This document shows positions 52,037 through 63,902 of a stretch of 64,000 nt of DNA, one piece after another. Location: positions 148,926,001 to 148,990,000 of the forward strand of contig NC_058368.1 of NCBI RefSeq assembly GCF_018350175.1, in the 5' to 3' direction. Made by a program: the position numbers and the translations under genes. Numbering within the stretch: position 1 is the first letter of the stretch; each line of letters begins with the position of its first letter. Under the pieces are notes generated by a model, which saw only the letters and a program-made list of their open reading frames with translations, made no database searches and was not told the DNA's origin. The DNA comes from Felis catus. Taxonomy: Eukaryota.

Positions 52037-53330
52037 GTAAATTGTAAGCAGTATGACATTTTGCCTAGTATTACCATGGTGCTTTATGAATCTTTCTCAT
52101 TGAATTCTAGTAAACTTATTCAGGAAATTGTTCACATGTCACAAATGGTGTCACAGTACCACTAAGTGGTTACTATGTACCCTGATTATCTTAGAGACTG
52201 CTACAAGCATATAAAATCAATTCAAAGACCTAGAGTTTTTTTGGTTCCTCTGAATTTGAAAATAAAGTAAATGTATCATGTGCTCAGATCTGATACTACT
52301 TAAAGTAAGCACACTGGATTGGATAAATTAGGGGTCATTGTTAGTCTTGAAGATACCATTTAGGAGAGAGAATCAGAAGTCCACTGATTATGTCTTGAAG
52401 AATTAATGACACTTTAGTAAGAATAAGCAGCAACTATAGAGCCCTCTTTCTAAATCATACTGATTTAATTTAAAAAAAGAAAAAGAAAAATGTCTTCTTA
52501 AGCTTCCTGGCATATATGTATATAATTAATATTATGAAATTTGTTTTAATATCCATATGGAGTCCTTATAATTTTTAACTTCTTTTTAATTTTATATTTA
52601 ATAGTGTGATTATTTTTCTTTTGTAGAAGTCATTTCACAGCTTCAATCATTTTAATTAGGTTTCATTTTTGCATACTAACTTTTTAAATTTGAGACAACT
52701 AGAGAAGCAAAGTCTTAGAAGGGTGATATTTACTATAAAAATATGATATTGGGCACTATTTTGCCTTCAATAGTCTCCCTAAAAAGCTCTCAGCTATTGA
52801 TTTAGATTTTAATAGCATATTAATGTCTTCAGAGATTATTTCAAATGAATGACAATCTATATTACAAAATAATATTTTGGTTTCCCGTAAGTTTAATATC
52901 ACTTGCACATGAACCATTTGTTAATTGTGCAGATGTTTTGAGTTTATTCCAGTGGGTTGATATTTTGGTGGTCAAAAGAGTTTAACATTTATTTTTTATC
53001 TCTATCATTTATAAAAATAGAAATTCACTAATGACAGCAAATGAATTATTTGATCTCCTGTAAGAATAATTTTTCTATTATATAAATAAAAACTCAATGT
53101 TCTTTTACTAAATTATTATTTTATCTCAGTACCTAAGGTGTTTTATATTTATTTTTATAGTAAGAAGTTAAATAATCAACCTCATCTGCTTGTCTGAACA
53201 CTTAAGAAACCTATATAATTAAAATCACGTTTACTTTAACACACCTGCCATGCATACACACAGACACTTGAGCCATATGAAAAATGAGGATTGTAGAGAT
53301 AGTCTCCATTTTCACAAAGTCGGTGGGTTG

Positions 53331-53537
53331 TTTTTTTTTAGTGTTTATTTATTTTTGACAGTGACAGAAAGAGAGCAAGGAGGGGAGAGGCAAAGAGAGA
53401 GATACACAGAATCCAAAGCAGGGTCCAGATTACAAGATGTCAGCACAGAGCTTGACACAGGTCTTGACCCCATGAATCATGAGATCATGACCTGAGCCAA
53501 AGTCAGAGGTTCCACCAGCTGAGCCACCCAGATGCCT
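53331..53537 (-). mobile_element. CanSINE
   Basis: SINE body with TSD tcacaaagtc. Confidence 0.93.
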
Positions 53538-53668
53538 CACAAAGTCTGTTTCTAAATATTGTTCCTTAAAGCACCCTATACCAAAATGTATCACATGGCC
53601 TTAGAATAGAATCAAAATCAGAATTATAGGCCTTATATAAAATATGCATGCATAAATTTATCATAGAT

Positions 53669-53878
53669 TGGGGTACCTGGGTGGCTCAGCTGGTTGGGCA
53701 TCGAACTCTTGATTTTAGCTCAGGTCATGATCCCTGGGTTATGGGATCCAGCCCTGCATCAAGCACCACGCTGAGTGTGGAGTCTGCTTGAAATTCTCTC
53801 TGCCCCTCTCCCCTGCTTGTGCTCACTCATTCTTTCTCTAAAATAAATAAATCAATACATGAGATAAATAAATAAAAC
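53669..53878 (+). mobile_element. CanSINE
   Basis: SINE body with TSD aatttatcataga. Confidence 0.93.
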
Positions 53879-54063
53879 GAATTTATCATAGACATAAACA
53901 GTGTCTAAAATAAAAACAAGCAAACATTTTAAAATGAAAACAACCAAAAACATCTCGTCTAAAAAATTAATAATTTTTAAATTATTCTTCTATTCCATAA
54001 ATGTACTCTAACAAATACATAAAATATATCAAATAGATACATAATGCTTAAAAAACAATTCTA

Positions 54064-54281
54064 GGGGCGCCTGGGTGACGCAGTCGGTTAAGCGTCCGAC
54101 TTCAGCCAGGTCACGATCTCGCGGTCCGTGAGTTCGAGCCCCGCGTCGGGCTCTGGGCTGATGGCTCGGAGCCTGGAGCCTATTTCCGATTCTGTGTCTC
54201 CCTCTCTCTCTGCCCCTCCCCCGTTCGTGCTCTGTCTCTCTCTGTCCCCAAAAAATAAATAAATGTTGAAAAAACAAATTT
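54064..54281 (+). mobile_element. Young felid SINE (SINEC_Fc-like)
   Basis: CpG-rich, with recognisable A box and B box (gagttcgagcc) and a perfect TSD aaaaaacaattcta. Confidence 0.97.
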
Positions 54282-56288
54282 AAAAAACAATTCTATATAG
54301 TAAATTATAGTTATAGTTACTTATAACTTACTTATAGTTAACTATAACATACTTAAACACTTAATAAACAATAATTTTGTAGTCTTGTTATCCCAATAAA
54401 ATTTACTGAAAATAACATATAAGCAAGGCACAGCTCTATAATTCACAGAGACTTTATCATTTATATTGTGTTTTGGGAAGAAGTTTGATGGCTATTAAGA
54501 GAAAGGCAACAAAAACAGCTTCAGGAAAGAATGATAATAAAGCTTGTGATAATTTTTAATAAAATATTACTGAAGTGAAAAGGAGTATTCAAAACTATAT
54601 TAGTGGGGGGGGGAGCAGCCAAGATGGCAGAACAGCATGGAAGTTTTTCGTGTGTCTCACATCCATGAAATACAGCCAGACAAACAATAAACCATCCTGC
54701 ACACCTAGAAGACTGATCTGAGGATTAACACAACAATCTGCACAACCTGAACCACAGAATTCAGCAGGTACATGGCATGGAAAGGTGAACATGGGGAAAG
54801 AGAAGCCGCAAAGGGCAGGGAGCTGCTTTTGCATGCAGAGAGAGGATGGAGATGGAGGGGGAGAGATGGGGTGGATACGGGAAAAGCACCCTTCGCCAAA
54901 AGCAGCTGGAGAGAAAGTAGAAAACTGGAAACACCTGCAGGGACTGAACTAAAAAGGGAGAAAGGAGAAAGGAGAGGGTTTAAATTCCATTAAAACTGTA
55001 AACAAGGGGAGCCCAGAGTCTGAAACTCCGCAGCTCGATACCTGGCAGTGTTCTGGTGGGAAGGGCGAATCCCCAGAAACAGAGTGGGGTCCGGGAGGCT
55101 CTCCGGCTGTATAGGGAGAAGTGGTTCCACTGCTGGAAGGACATTTGGTAAAGGCTGTGAGGCCACCTGGGTGCAGCAGACCCCAGAGAATGGCCACATT
55201 CACTGGTGCTGGAACAAGGTCGTTGGGGGTAAAGACTGATGCCAAATGTGTGTTGTGATTTTCCATAATCCCTGAGGTGCTGCTGATACACTGTCTCACA
55301 AAATTTTTCTGGGGCAAGCTGGCACCTGGCTACAGTCTCTGGGCATTGGTAGCAGCACAATCCTGCAAGCGTTCCTGGGTGCAGCCAGCACCTGGCCATT
55401 GCTCAGTAATACCCTCTGCAGAGGGGAGGACTGGGTCAAAGCTGCAGTCCCTCAGGAGTGGGGGGCTGGGGAAGGCAGTGGCATCTGAGACAAAACTCAG
55501 GAAAGCGGTGCTGCCTGGGGCTTGGTCACAGATAGTGTGGAAACGGGGAGTGGACAGAAACCGAAGACGAAGGATGGGTGCACCATTGCTGATTGGGGAG
55601 AACAGAGTTCCAATACCAGAGACTGGGTAGCTCGGCGATGCCATTTTCACTGCTCCTGCGTATTCACATACACACCTACAAGCACCACAACAATCAACCC
55701 CAGTAGGCTAGCAGTGTCATCTAGTGGAGAATGGAGTTGTCACGCTAAGCCCTGCCCAACTGGGCCAACCTCGCTCTTCAAGAACACAAGTCTCAACACC
55801 TGCTTCCTTTATGGACTATAAAGTGCTTCATAGTTTGACTTCTGGGGGAAAACAAAGTAATTTCAGTTGTATTTCAGTCTGTTAGCTGGTCCATCTATTC
55901 AATTGTCTTTCTTTTTTTTCTTTTCTTTCTCTTGATACAGAAAAAGAAAAAAATTCATTTTCATTTTCAATTTTTATTAAAAATACTTTTATTTAATTTT
56001 TTCCACTATATTTTTTACTTTTGTGTATTTTTTTCAAATTCTATTTACTTTCATCATTTTATTTTAATTTACTTCACTGTATTCATTTTTCAAAATTTTT
56101 AATTTCCTCTTTTTCCACCTTTTTTTCTAATCTATCCAGCACCCAGACCAAAAATAAACAAGGATCTAGCATAATTTATTTCATTTTGTGTGAGTTTGTT
56201 TTTAATTTTTTAATTTTAATATTTTTTAATTTTAGTTTTTTGTAATTTCAATTTTTTCAACTTCATTCATTCTTTTTCCCCCTTCAAA

Positions 56289-57173
56289 ATGACAAAAACA
56301 AGGAATTCACCCCAAAAGAAAGAGCAGAAAGAAATGACAGCCAGGGATTTAAAAACACAGATAAAAGCAAGCTGTCTGAACCAGAATTCAGAATCACGAT
56401 AATAACAATACTAGCTGGAGCCAAAAATAGATTATAATCCCTCTCTGTGGAGATGAAAGAAGTATAAGCCAGTGCAGATGAAATAAAAAATGCTACAGCT
56501 GAGCTGCAATCACATATGGATGCTGCAGCAACAAGAATGGATGAGGCCGAAGAGAGAATCAGCAATATAGAGGACAAATTTATGGAGAATAGTGAAGCAG
56601 AAAAAAAAAAGGGGGGGAGATTAAGGCAAAAAAGAATTATTTAAGAATTAAGGATATCAGTGACATCATTAAAAAGGAACAACATCAGAATCATAGGGGT
56701 CCCAGAAGAGGAAGAGAGAAATAGGGGTAGAAGGGTTATGTGAGCAAATCATAGTGGAAAACTTTCCTAACCTCGGGAAAGACACAGACATCAAAATCCA
56801 GGAAGCACAGAGGACTCCCATCAGAGTCAACCCAAACCAACCATCAACAAGGCATATCATAGTCAAATTCACAAAATACTCAGGCAAGGAGAGAATCATG
56901 AAAGCAGCAAGGGAAAAATAGTCTTTAACCAAAAAGACAAGACAGAAAAGGTTTGCAGCAGATCTATCCACAGAAAATTGGCAAGACAGAAAGGAGTGGC
57001 AGGTTATATTCAATGTGCTGAATCAGAAAAATATGCAGCCAAGAATTCTTTATCCAGCAAGGCTGTCATTCAAAATAGAAGAAGAGATTAAAAATTTCTG
57101 ATAAAAACAAAATTTAAAGAAGTTTGTGACCACTAAACCACCCCTGCAAGAAATTTTAAGGGGGAATCTCTGA
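56289..57173 (+). pseudogene. L1 ORF1p, disrupted
   Basis: ATG at 56289 (MTKTRNSPQK), colinear with ORF1 of the 24889-30605 copy; stops and frameshifts. Confidence 0.9.
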
Positions 57174-58361
57174 GGGGAGAAAAGATGAAAATGATAAATA
57201 AATAAATAAATAATTCAATACCAAAAGCAACAAAGATTAGAAATGACCAGAGAACACCACCAGAAACTCCAACTCTACAAGCAACATAATGGCAATAAAT
57301 TCATATCTTTCAGTACTTACTCTAAACATCAATGGAATGAATGCGCCAATCAAAAGACATAGGGTAACAGAATGGATAAGAAAACAAGATTCATCTATGT
57401 GCTGTTTATAAGAGATCCTCTTGAGACCTAAAGAAACCTTCAGATTGAAAGTAAGGAGATGGAGAACCGTCTATCATGCTAATGGTCAACAAAAGAAAGC
57501 CGGAGTAGCCATATTCATATCACACAATGTAGACGTTAAAATAAAGACTGTATCAAGTGATGAAGAAGGGCATTATATCATAATTAAGGGGTCTATCCAT
57601 CAATAAGACCTAAGAATTATAAACATTTATGTGCCAAATGTGGAAACACCCAAATATATAAATCAATTAATCATAAACATAATGAAACTCATTGACAGTA
57701 ATATCATAATAGTGGGAGACTTCGACACCCCACTCACTACAATGGGCAGATCATCTAATTAAAATCAACCAGGGAACAATGGCTTTGAATGACACACTGG
57801 ACCAGATGGACTTAACAGATATATTCAGAACATTTCATCCTAAAACAACAGAATATATATTCTTCTCCAGTACACATGGAATGTTCTCCAGAATAGACCA
57901 CATACTGGGACACAAATCAACCCTCAGCAAGTACAGAAAGATTGAGATCATAACATGCATATTTTCAGACCACAACACTATGAAACTCAAAATGAACCAC
58001 AAGAAAAAATTTGGAAAGGTAACAAATACTTGGAGACCAAAGAACATCCTACTAAAGAATGAACGGGCCAGCCAAGAAGTTAAAGAGGAAACTAAAAAGT
58101 ATATGGAAGCCAACGAAAATTGTAATACCACAACCCAAAACCTCTGGGAAGCAAGCAGCAAAGGCAGTCATAAGAGGAAAGTTTATAGCAATCCAGGCTT
58201 TCCTATAGAAGAACAGAAGATCTCAGATATACAACCTAACCTTATGCCTTAAAGGGATGGAAGAAGAACAGCAAATAATTCCCCAAATCAGCAGAAGACA
58301 AGAAATAATAAACATTAGAGCAGATATTAATGCTATTGAAACAAAAAAAAAACAGTAGATC

Positions 58362-58608
58362 TGTGGAGGTCCAGCCCCAGCAGGTCCAGGGTTTCCCGAA
58401 GGATGAACAGCATCAGTGAAAATAACAAATGGACATAGACAACAGCAATGTGTTAGACTGGCCGCTTTATTGTGGCAAGCATGGATTATATTTGTTAGCA
58501 AATTCCTTACAGCGTGCGTCATCTATGTTTTCTGGCATTACCTAATTCTAAAAATGTTCCTTTGTGTAATCACCCATTAAGAAGCAGCATAGTAATTTTC
58601 TTGTAACA
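58362..58608 (-). mobile_element. Class II (betaretrovirus-like) 3' LTR, about 247 bp
   Basis: The minus strand reads TGTTAC...CTGCTGGGGCTGGACCTCCACA and is preceded by a polypurine tract (gaaagggcaggagggaa). A TATA-like aaatataa (58486-58493) is followed 14 nt later by AATAAA (58466-58471), then a GT-rich segment. Confidence 0.8.
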
Positions 58609-59301
58609 TTCCCTCCTGCCCTTTCAAGGTCATCTAATCTCAACACTTCAAGTGGAACGTTTACAGGGGCATGACTTCTTATTTGTTTGTTTGAACCATT
58701 TGCGGTACAAGGAACAAAAGTATTTGCTTTGGTCTGGGGTGCCAGGAGGGAGCCAAGAGGGCTCTGGGAACCCACGCCTTATGTGCTCCCAGAGAGACAA
58801 TGTATACCTAGGAATTAATGAACCATTCTGTACCTTAGCACATCAGATCCAGTTATCATCTGGAATGCCACCTGGGGGCCATGTGGGCCTAGGGGTTGGA
58901 GTAACTTGTATCCATAGATACATTCCTTTGTTGCCGGAGTGGGGATTTTGAACCCATTTGTCCCCCTCCTTGGCTGTGAAATATCTGGGGCTATCTTTCC
59001 TTTAGGTAGAGGAGTCTTTATAGGGGGTGGCAAGGGCTGGATGTAGGGCTGCATAATTTCCCTGCAGAATCTTATTTCTTTCCCCAGTGGTTCTTTTCCT
59101 GAGAGGCCTGTCATGGGCAATTCCCCAACCGACAAATCCTCATGTACTTTCATTGGTAGAAGGGCTGCCCTGACCAACGCTAAGTCCAAATTACATAAAA
59201 GCAGGAGTACAAGAAGCTTCACTTTTGGTGGGCCGCCATGCAGTCTCAATCTTTCCACCACCGGGGCCCTGCCATCAGATGTTTGGATAGCTTGGCTTCT
59301 G
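58609..59301 (-). mobile_element. ERV internal 3' segment (env-position sequence), no 5' LTR
   Basis: Non-L1 sequence between the PPT and the point where L1 resumes at gtagaacagatc. It contains the hydrophobic leader [19 protein letters not shown]. Confidence 0.65.
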
Positions 59302-60619
59302 GTAGAACAGATCAGTGAAAACAGAAGCTGGTACTTTGAAAGAATTAACAAAATTGATAAACCACTAGCCAGTTTTATCAAAAAGAAAAAGGAAAGGACC
59401 CGAACAAAATCAAGAATGAAAGAGGAGAGGTCACAACCAACACAGGAGAAATAAAAATAATAATAAGAGAATATTATGAGCAATTATATGCCAATAAAAT
59501 GGACAATCTGAAAGAAATGGACAAATTCCTAGAAACATATACACTACCAAAACTGAAACAGGAAGAAATAGAAAATTTGAACAGACCCATAACCAGTCAG
59601 GAAATCGAATTAGTAATCAAAATCTACCAAAAAACAAGAGTCCAGGGCCAGATGACTTTCCAGGAGAATTTTACCAAACATTTAAGGAAGAGTTAACACC
59701 TATTCTTTTGAAGATGGTCCAAAAAATAGAAACGGAAGGAAAACTTCCAAACTCTTTCTATGAGGCCAGCATTACCTTGATTCCAAAACCAGACAGAGAC
59801 CCCACTAAAAAGGAGAACTATAGACCAATTTCCCTGATGAACATGGATGCAAAACTCCCCAACAAAATATTAGCCAACCGGGTCCAACAATACATTAAAA
59901 AAATTATTCACCACGGCCAAGTGGAATTTATACCTGGGATGCAGGGCTGGTTCAATGTCCACAAAACAATTAACGTGATTCATCACATCAATAAAAGAAA
60001 GGACAAGAACCATATGATCCTCTCAATAGATGCAGAGAAAGCATTTAACAAAATACAGCATCCTTTCTTGATAAAAAAAACCCCTCAAGAAAGTAGGGAT
60101 AGAAGGATCATACCTCAAGATCATAAAAACCATACATGAATGACCCAATACTAATATCATCCTCAATGGGGAAAAACTGAGACCTTTCCCCCTAAGGCCA
60201 GGAACACAACAGGAATGCCCACTCTCACCACTGTTATTCAACATAGTATTGGAAGTCTTAGCCTCTGCAATCAGAGAACACAAAGAAATAAAAGGCATCC
60301 AAATAAGCCAAGAGGAGCTCAAAGTTTCGCTCTTCACAGATGACATGATACTCTATATGGAAAACCCTGAATATTCCACCAAAAAACTGCTAGAACTGGT
60401 TCATGAATTTGGCAAAGTTGCAGGATATAAAATCAACGCACAGAAATCTGTTGCATTCCTATACACTAACAATGAAGCAAAAGAAAGAGAAATCAAGAAA
60501 TCGATCCCATTGACAATTGCACCAAAAACAATAAAATGCCTAGGAATAAACATAACCAAAGAGGTGAAAAATCTATACACTGAAAACTATAGAAAGCTTA
60601 TGAAAGAAATTGAAGAAGA

Positions 60620-60625
60620 CAGACA

Positions 60626-60663
<38 letters not shown>

Positions 60664-60677
60664 AACAAAAAAAAAAA
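60620..60677. repeat. (CA)n/(CAAA)n/A-run microsatellite within L1 ORF2
   Basis: Directly visible. The 24889-30605 copy has only a homopolymer run at the equivalent site (about 26700). Confidence 0.92.
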
Positions 60678-61951
60678 CGGAAAAAGATTCCATGCTCCTG
60701 GATAAGAAGAACAAATTTTGTTAAAATGTCGATACTACCCAAAGCAATCTACATATTTAATGCAATCCCTGTCAAAATAACACCAGCATTCTTCACAGAG
60801 CTAGAACAAATAATCCTAAAATTTGTATGGAACCAGAAAACCCCGAATAGCAAAAGCAATCAATCTTGAAAAAGAAAACCAAAGCAGGGGACACCACAGT
60901 CCCAGATTCAAGCTATACTACAAAGCTGTAATCATCAAGACAGTATGGTACTGCCACAAGAAGGGACACTCAGATCAATGGAACATAATAGAGAACCCAG
61001 AAATGGACCCACAAACGTATGGCCAACTAATTTTTGACAAAGCAGGAAAGAATATTCAGTGGAATAAAGACAGTCTCTTCAGCAAGCGGTGCAGGGAAAA
61101 CTGGGCACTGACATGCACAAGAATGAAAGTGGACCACTTTCTTACACCGTACACAAAAATAAACTCAAAATGGATGAAAGACCTAAATGTAAGACAGGAA
61201 ACCATCAATATCCTCAAGGATAAAACAGGAAAAACTTCTTCGATCTTGGCCACAGCCACTTCTTACTCAACATGTCTCCAGAGGCAAGGGAAACAAAAAC
61301 AAAAATGAACTACTGGGACTTCATCAAAAGAAAAAGCTTCTGCACAGCGAAGGAAACAATCAGCAAAACTAAAAGGCAACCGACAGAATGGGAAAAGATA
61401 TTTGCAAATGACATATCAGATAAAGGGTTAGTATTCAAAATCTATAAAGAAGTTATCAAACTCAAAACCCAAAAAACAAATAATCCAGTGAAGAAATGGG
61501 AAAAAGACATGAATAGACACTTTTCCAAAGAAGACATCCAGATGGTCAACTGACACGTGAAAAATGCTCAACATCACTCATCATCAGGGAAGTACAAATC
61601 AAAACCACAATGAGATACCACCTTACACCTGTGAAAATGGCTAACATCAACAACTCAGGCAACAACAGATGTTGGCGAGGATGCAGAGAAAGAGGATCTC
61701 TTTTGCATTGTTGGTGGGAATGCAAGCTGGTGCAGCCACTCTGGAACACAGTATGGAGGTTCCTCAAAAAACTAAAAATAGAACTACCCTACGACCCAGC
61801 AATTGCACTACTAGGCATTTATCCAAGGGATACAGGTGTGCTGTTTCGAAGGGACATATGCACCCCATTGTTTATAGTAGCATTATCAGCAATAGTCAAA
61901 GTATGGAAAGAGCAGAAATGTCCATCAATGGATGAATGGATAAAGAAGAAT

Positions 61952-61953
<2 letters not shown>

Positions 61954-62022
<69 letters not shown>
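61954..62022. repeat. (TA)n(CA)n microsatellite within the L1 ORF2 3' end
   Basis: Directly visible between gaatgg and caatgga. Confidence 0.95.
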
Positions 62023-62025
<3 letters not shown>

Positions 62026-62690
62026 ATGGAGTATTACTCGGCAGTCAAAAAGAATGAAATCTTGCCATTTGCAAGTACATGGATGGAATTGGAGGGTATT
62101 ATACTAAGCGAAATTAGTCAGTCATGGAAAGGCAAAAATCATATGATTTCACTCATATGAGGACTTTAAGAGACAAAACAGATGAACATAAGGGAAAGAG
62201 AACAAAAATAATATAAAAACAGGGAGGGGGACAAAACAGAAGAGACTCTCAAATATGAAGAACAAACAGAGGGTTACTGGAGGGGTTGTAGGAGGGGGGA
62301 TGGGCTAAATGAGTAAAGGGCATTAAGGAATCTACTCCTGAATTCATTGTTGCAGTATATGCTAACTAACTTGGACATAAATTTAAAAAAAATTAAAAAT
62401 GAAATTAAAAAAAAACTATTCTAGTGAAATTGGAGTTAAACTATTCACTGCAATCCCCCTTGTTACCGAAAGAAAACTTATATATTGGTAAACTTTGAAA
62501 GAGTGCAGCCAGTGAACACTAAAATAAGCCTTTAAATATAGCAGCTGTAAAATAAATAAGAACATAAGTAAAAGTCACAAGCAACTCTATCTTCCCCCAC
62601 TGTGATCATCCTTTTAGGTCATTTGTCTTCAACACTAATGAGTTATTATCAAAATTCACATGGTACCACATCCATACTTCTATTAACATA

Positions 62691-63174
62691 AAGGCATAGC
62701 TTGTTTTATTGTCCTTTGCTTTGTTATGCTTCACAGATACTAAATTTTTACAAATTGAGGTTGTGGCAAGTCTGCTTGAAGTAAGGATTTCGATGTCATT
62801 TTCCAACAGCATTTGCTCACTTCATGTCTGTCCCACATTTTGGTAATTCTCATGAAATTTCAGAATTTTTCATTATTGTTATATTTGTTATGGTGATCTA
62901 TTATCAGTGATTATAACTCACTAATAGCTCAGATGATGGTTAGTATTTTTTAGCAATAAAGTATTTTTCAATTTAGGTGTATACGTTGTGTTTTTTTACA
63001 ATATAATGCTATGTTTAATATAGCTAATAGTATACTTAATGGAGTATAGTATAGTGTGAACATAACTTTTATATGCACCGGGAAATCAAGAAATTCTTTC
63101 GATTTATTTGGTTGTGATAATCACTTTATTGCAGTGGTTTGGAGTAGAACTTACAATATCCCCAAGGACGCCTG
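62691..63174 (+). mobile_element. Internally deleted Tigger1 (MITE-like)
   Basis: TA plus aaggcatagcttgttttattg ... caatatccccaaggacgcctg plus TA: both Tigger1 termini with a TA target duplication. Confidence 0.88.
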
Positions 63175-63265
63175 TATGGACCATGTTACTCAAAAACCAT
63201 ACAGACTTTAATAGGACAAGTATAATGTTTTATATTTCCATTTAAAAGTAAAAGTAATCTACCCA

Positions 63266-63475
63266 GGGGCACCTGGGTAGATCAGATGGTTAAGCATTTG
63301 ACTCTTGATTTCAGCTCAGGTCATGATCTCACTGTTTGGTGACATCGAGTCCCGCTATGGGCTCTGTGCTGAAAGCGCAGAGCTTGTTTAGGATTTTCTC
63401 TCTCCTCTCTCTCTACTTCTCCTCCCTTCTCTTTCTTTCTCTCTCTCTCAAAATAAATTAAAAAAAACATTTTAA
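63266..63475 (+). mobile_element. CanSINE
   Basis: ggggcacctgggtag head, CT segment, A tail. Confidence 0.92.
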
Positions 63476-63779
63476 AGAGTAAAAATATATTTGTTTTTAT
63501 TTTAAAAGCAGCATGCAATCATTGAAGAATATCTGGAAATGCTGAAAATATCAGTTGGCAAATAAAAAAGTTGTTTATAATCTACCATTATTAATATTTT
63601 GATGCATTAACTTCTTGTCAATTTCATAGGAATGGTTAAATAAATGCCAATAATTCCTTCAAATGGAGAACACAAAACTTATAATGAAATTTTATAGTCA
63701 TGTATTGAAAGTCACCCTTCCATTTCAGTCCTTACAGAAAACTTTTTGTTCTTCAGAAGATACAGGTAACAGTGTTTTT

Positions 63780-63902
63780 TCTTTCTTATCCTCACAAGTA
63801 GAATGTGATTTCTATGTCTCATACACTGCTGTATCTTCAGTATATAGAACAGTGACTGGATGATAGAGTGTTCTCAATAAATACTTGTAAATTCATGAAT
63901 GG
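63780..63902 (+). mobile_element. L2 3' end
   Basis: cactgctgtatcttcag...agaacagtgactgg...ctcaataaatacttg...tgaatg. Confidence 0.7.

Larger units (their letters stand above)
57289..62160 (+). pseudogene. L1 ORF2p (EN-RT-CCHC), disrupted
   Basis: EN peptides (SRIDHILG, FSDHN), [20 protein letters not shown], and [18 protein letters not shown]. Broken by frameshifts, microsatellites and the ERV insert. Confidence 0.93.
54606..62411 (+). mobile_element. Full-length felid L1, non-functional, interrupted by an ERV fragment
   Basis: Starts gggggagcagccaagatggc; 5'UTR of about 1.7 kb, ORF1, ORF2, 3'UTR and A tail. 15-bp TSD aaaactat(at/tc)tagtg at 54591-54605 and 62412-62426. Confidence 0.98.

Noticed and set aside
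54595..55821. Dense overlapping ORFs on both strands
   Set aside because: All lie in the GC-rich L1 5'UTR and are a compositional artefact.
58815..59483. 222-aa ORF as a real L1-ERV fusion gene
   Set aside because: The N-terminal part is antisense L1 ORF2 with a non-ATG start, read through by chance. Only the ERV-derived part is kept as a finding.
54606..62411. Retrotransposition-competent L1
   Set aside because: Both ORFs have many stops and frameshifts, there is an ERV insertion, the 5'UTR is CpG-depleted and the TSD has two mismatches.
5279..63475. tRNA genes or a CRISPR-like repeat array
   Set aside because: The recurring A/B-box sequences are tRNA-derived SINE heads with CT segments, tails and TSDs. 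They are dispersed rather than regularly spaced, and the DNA is eukaryotic.
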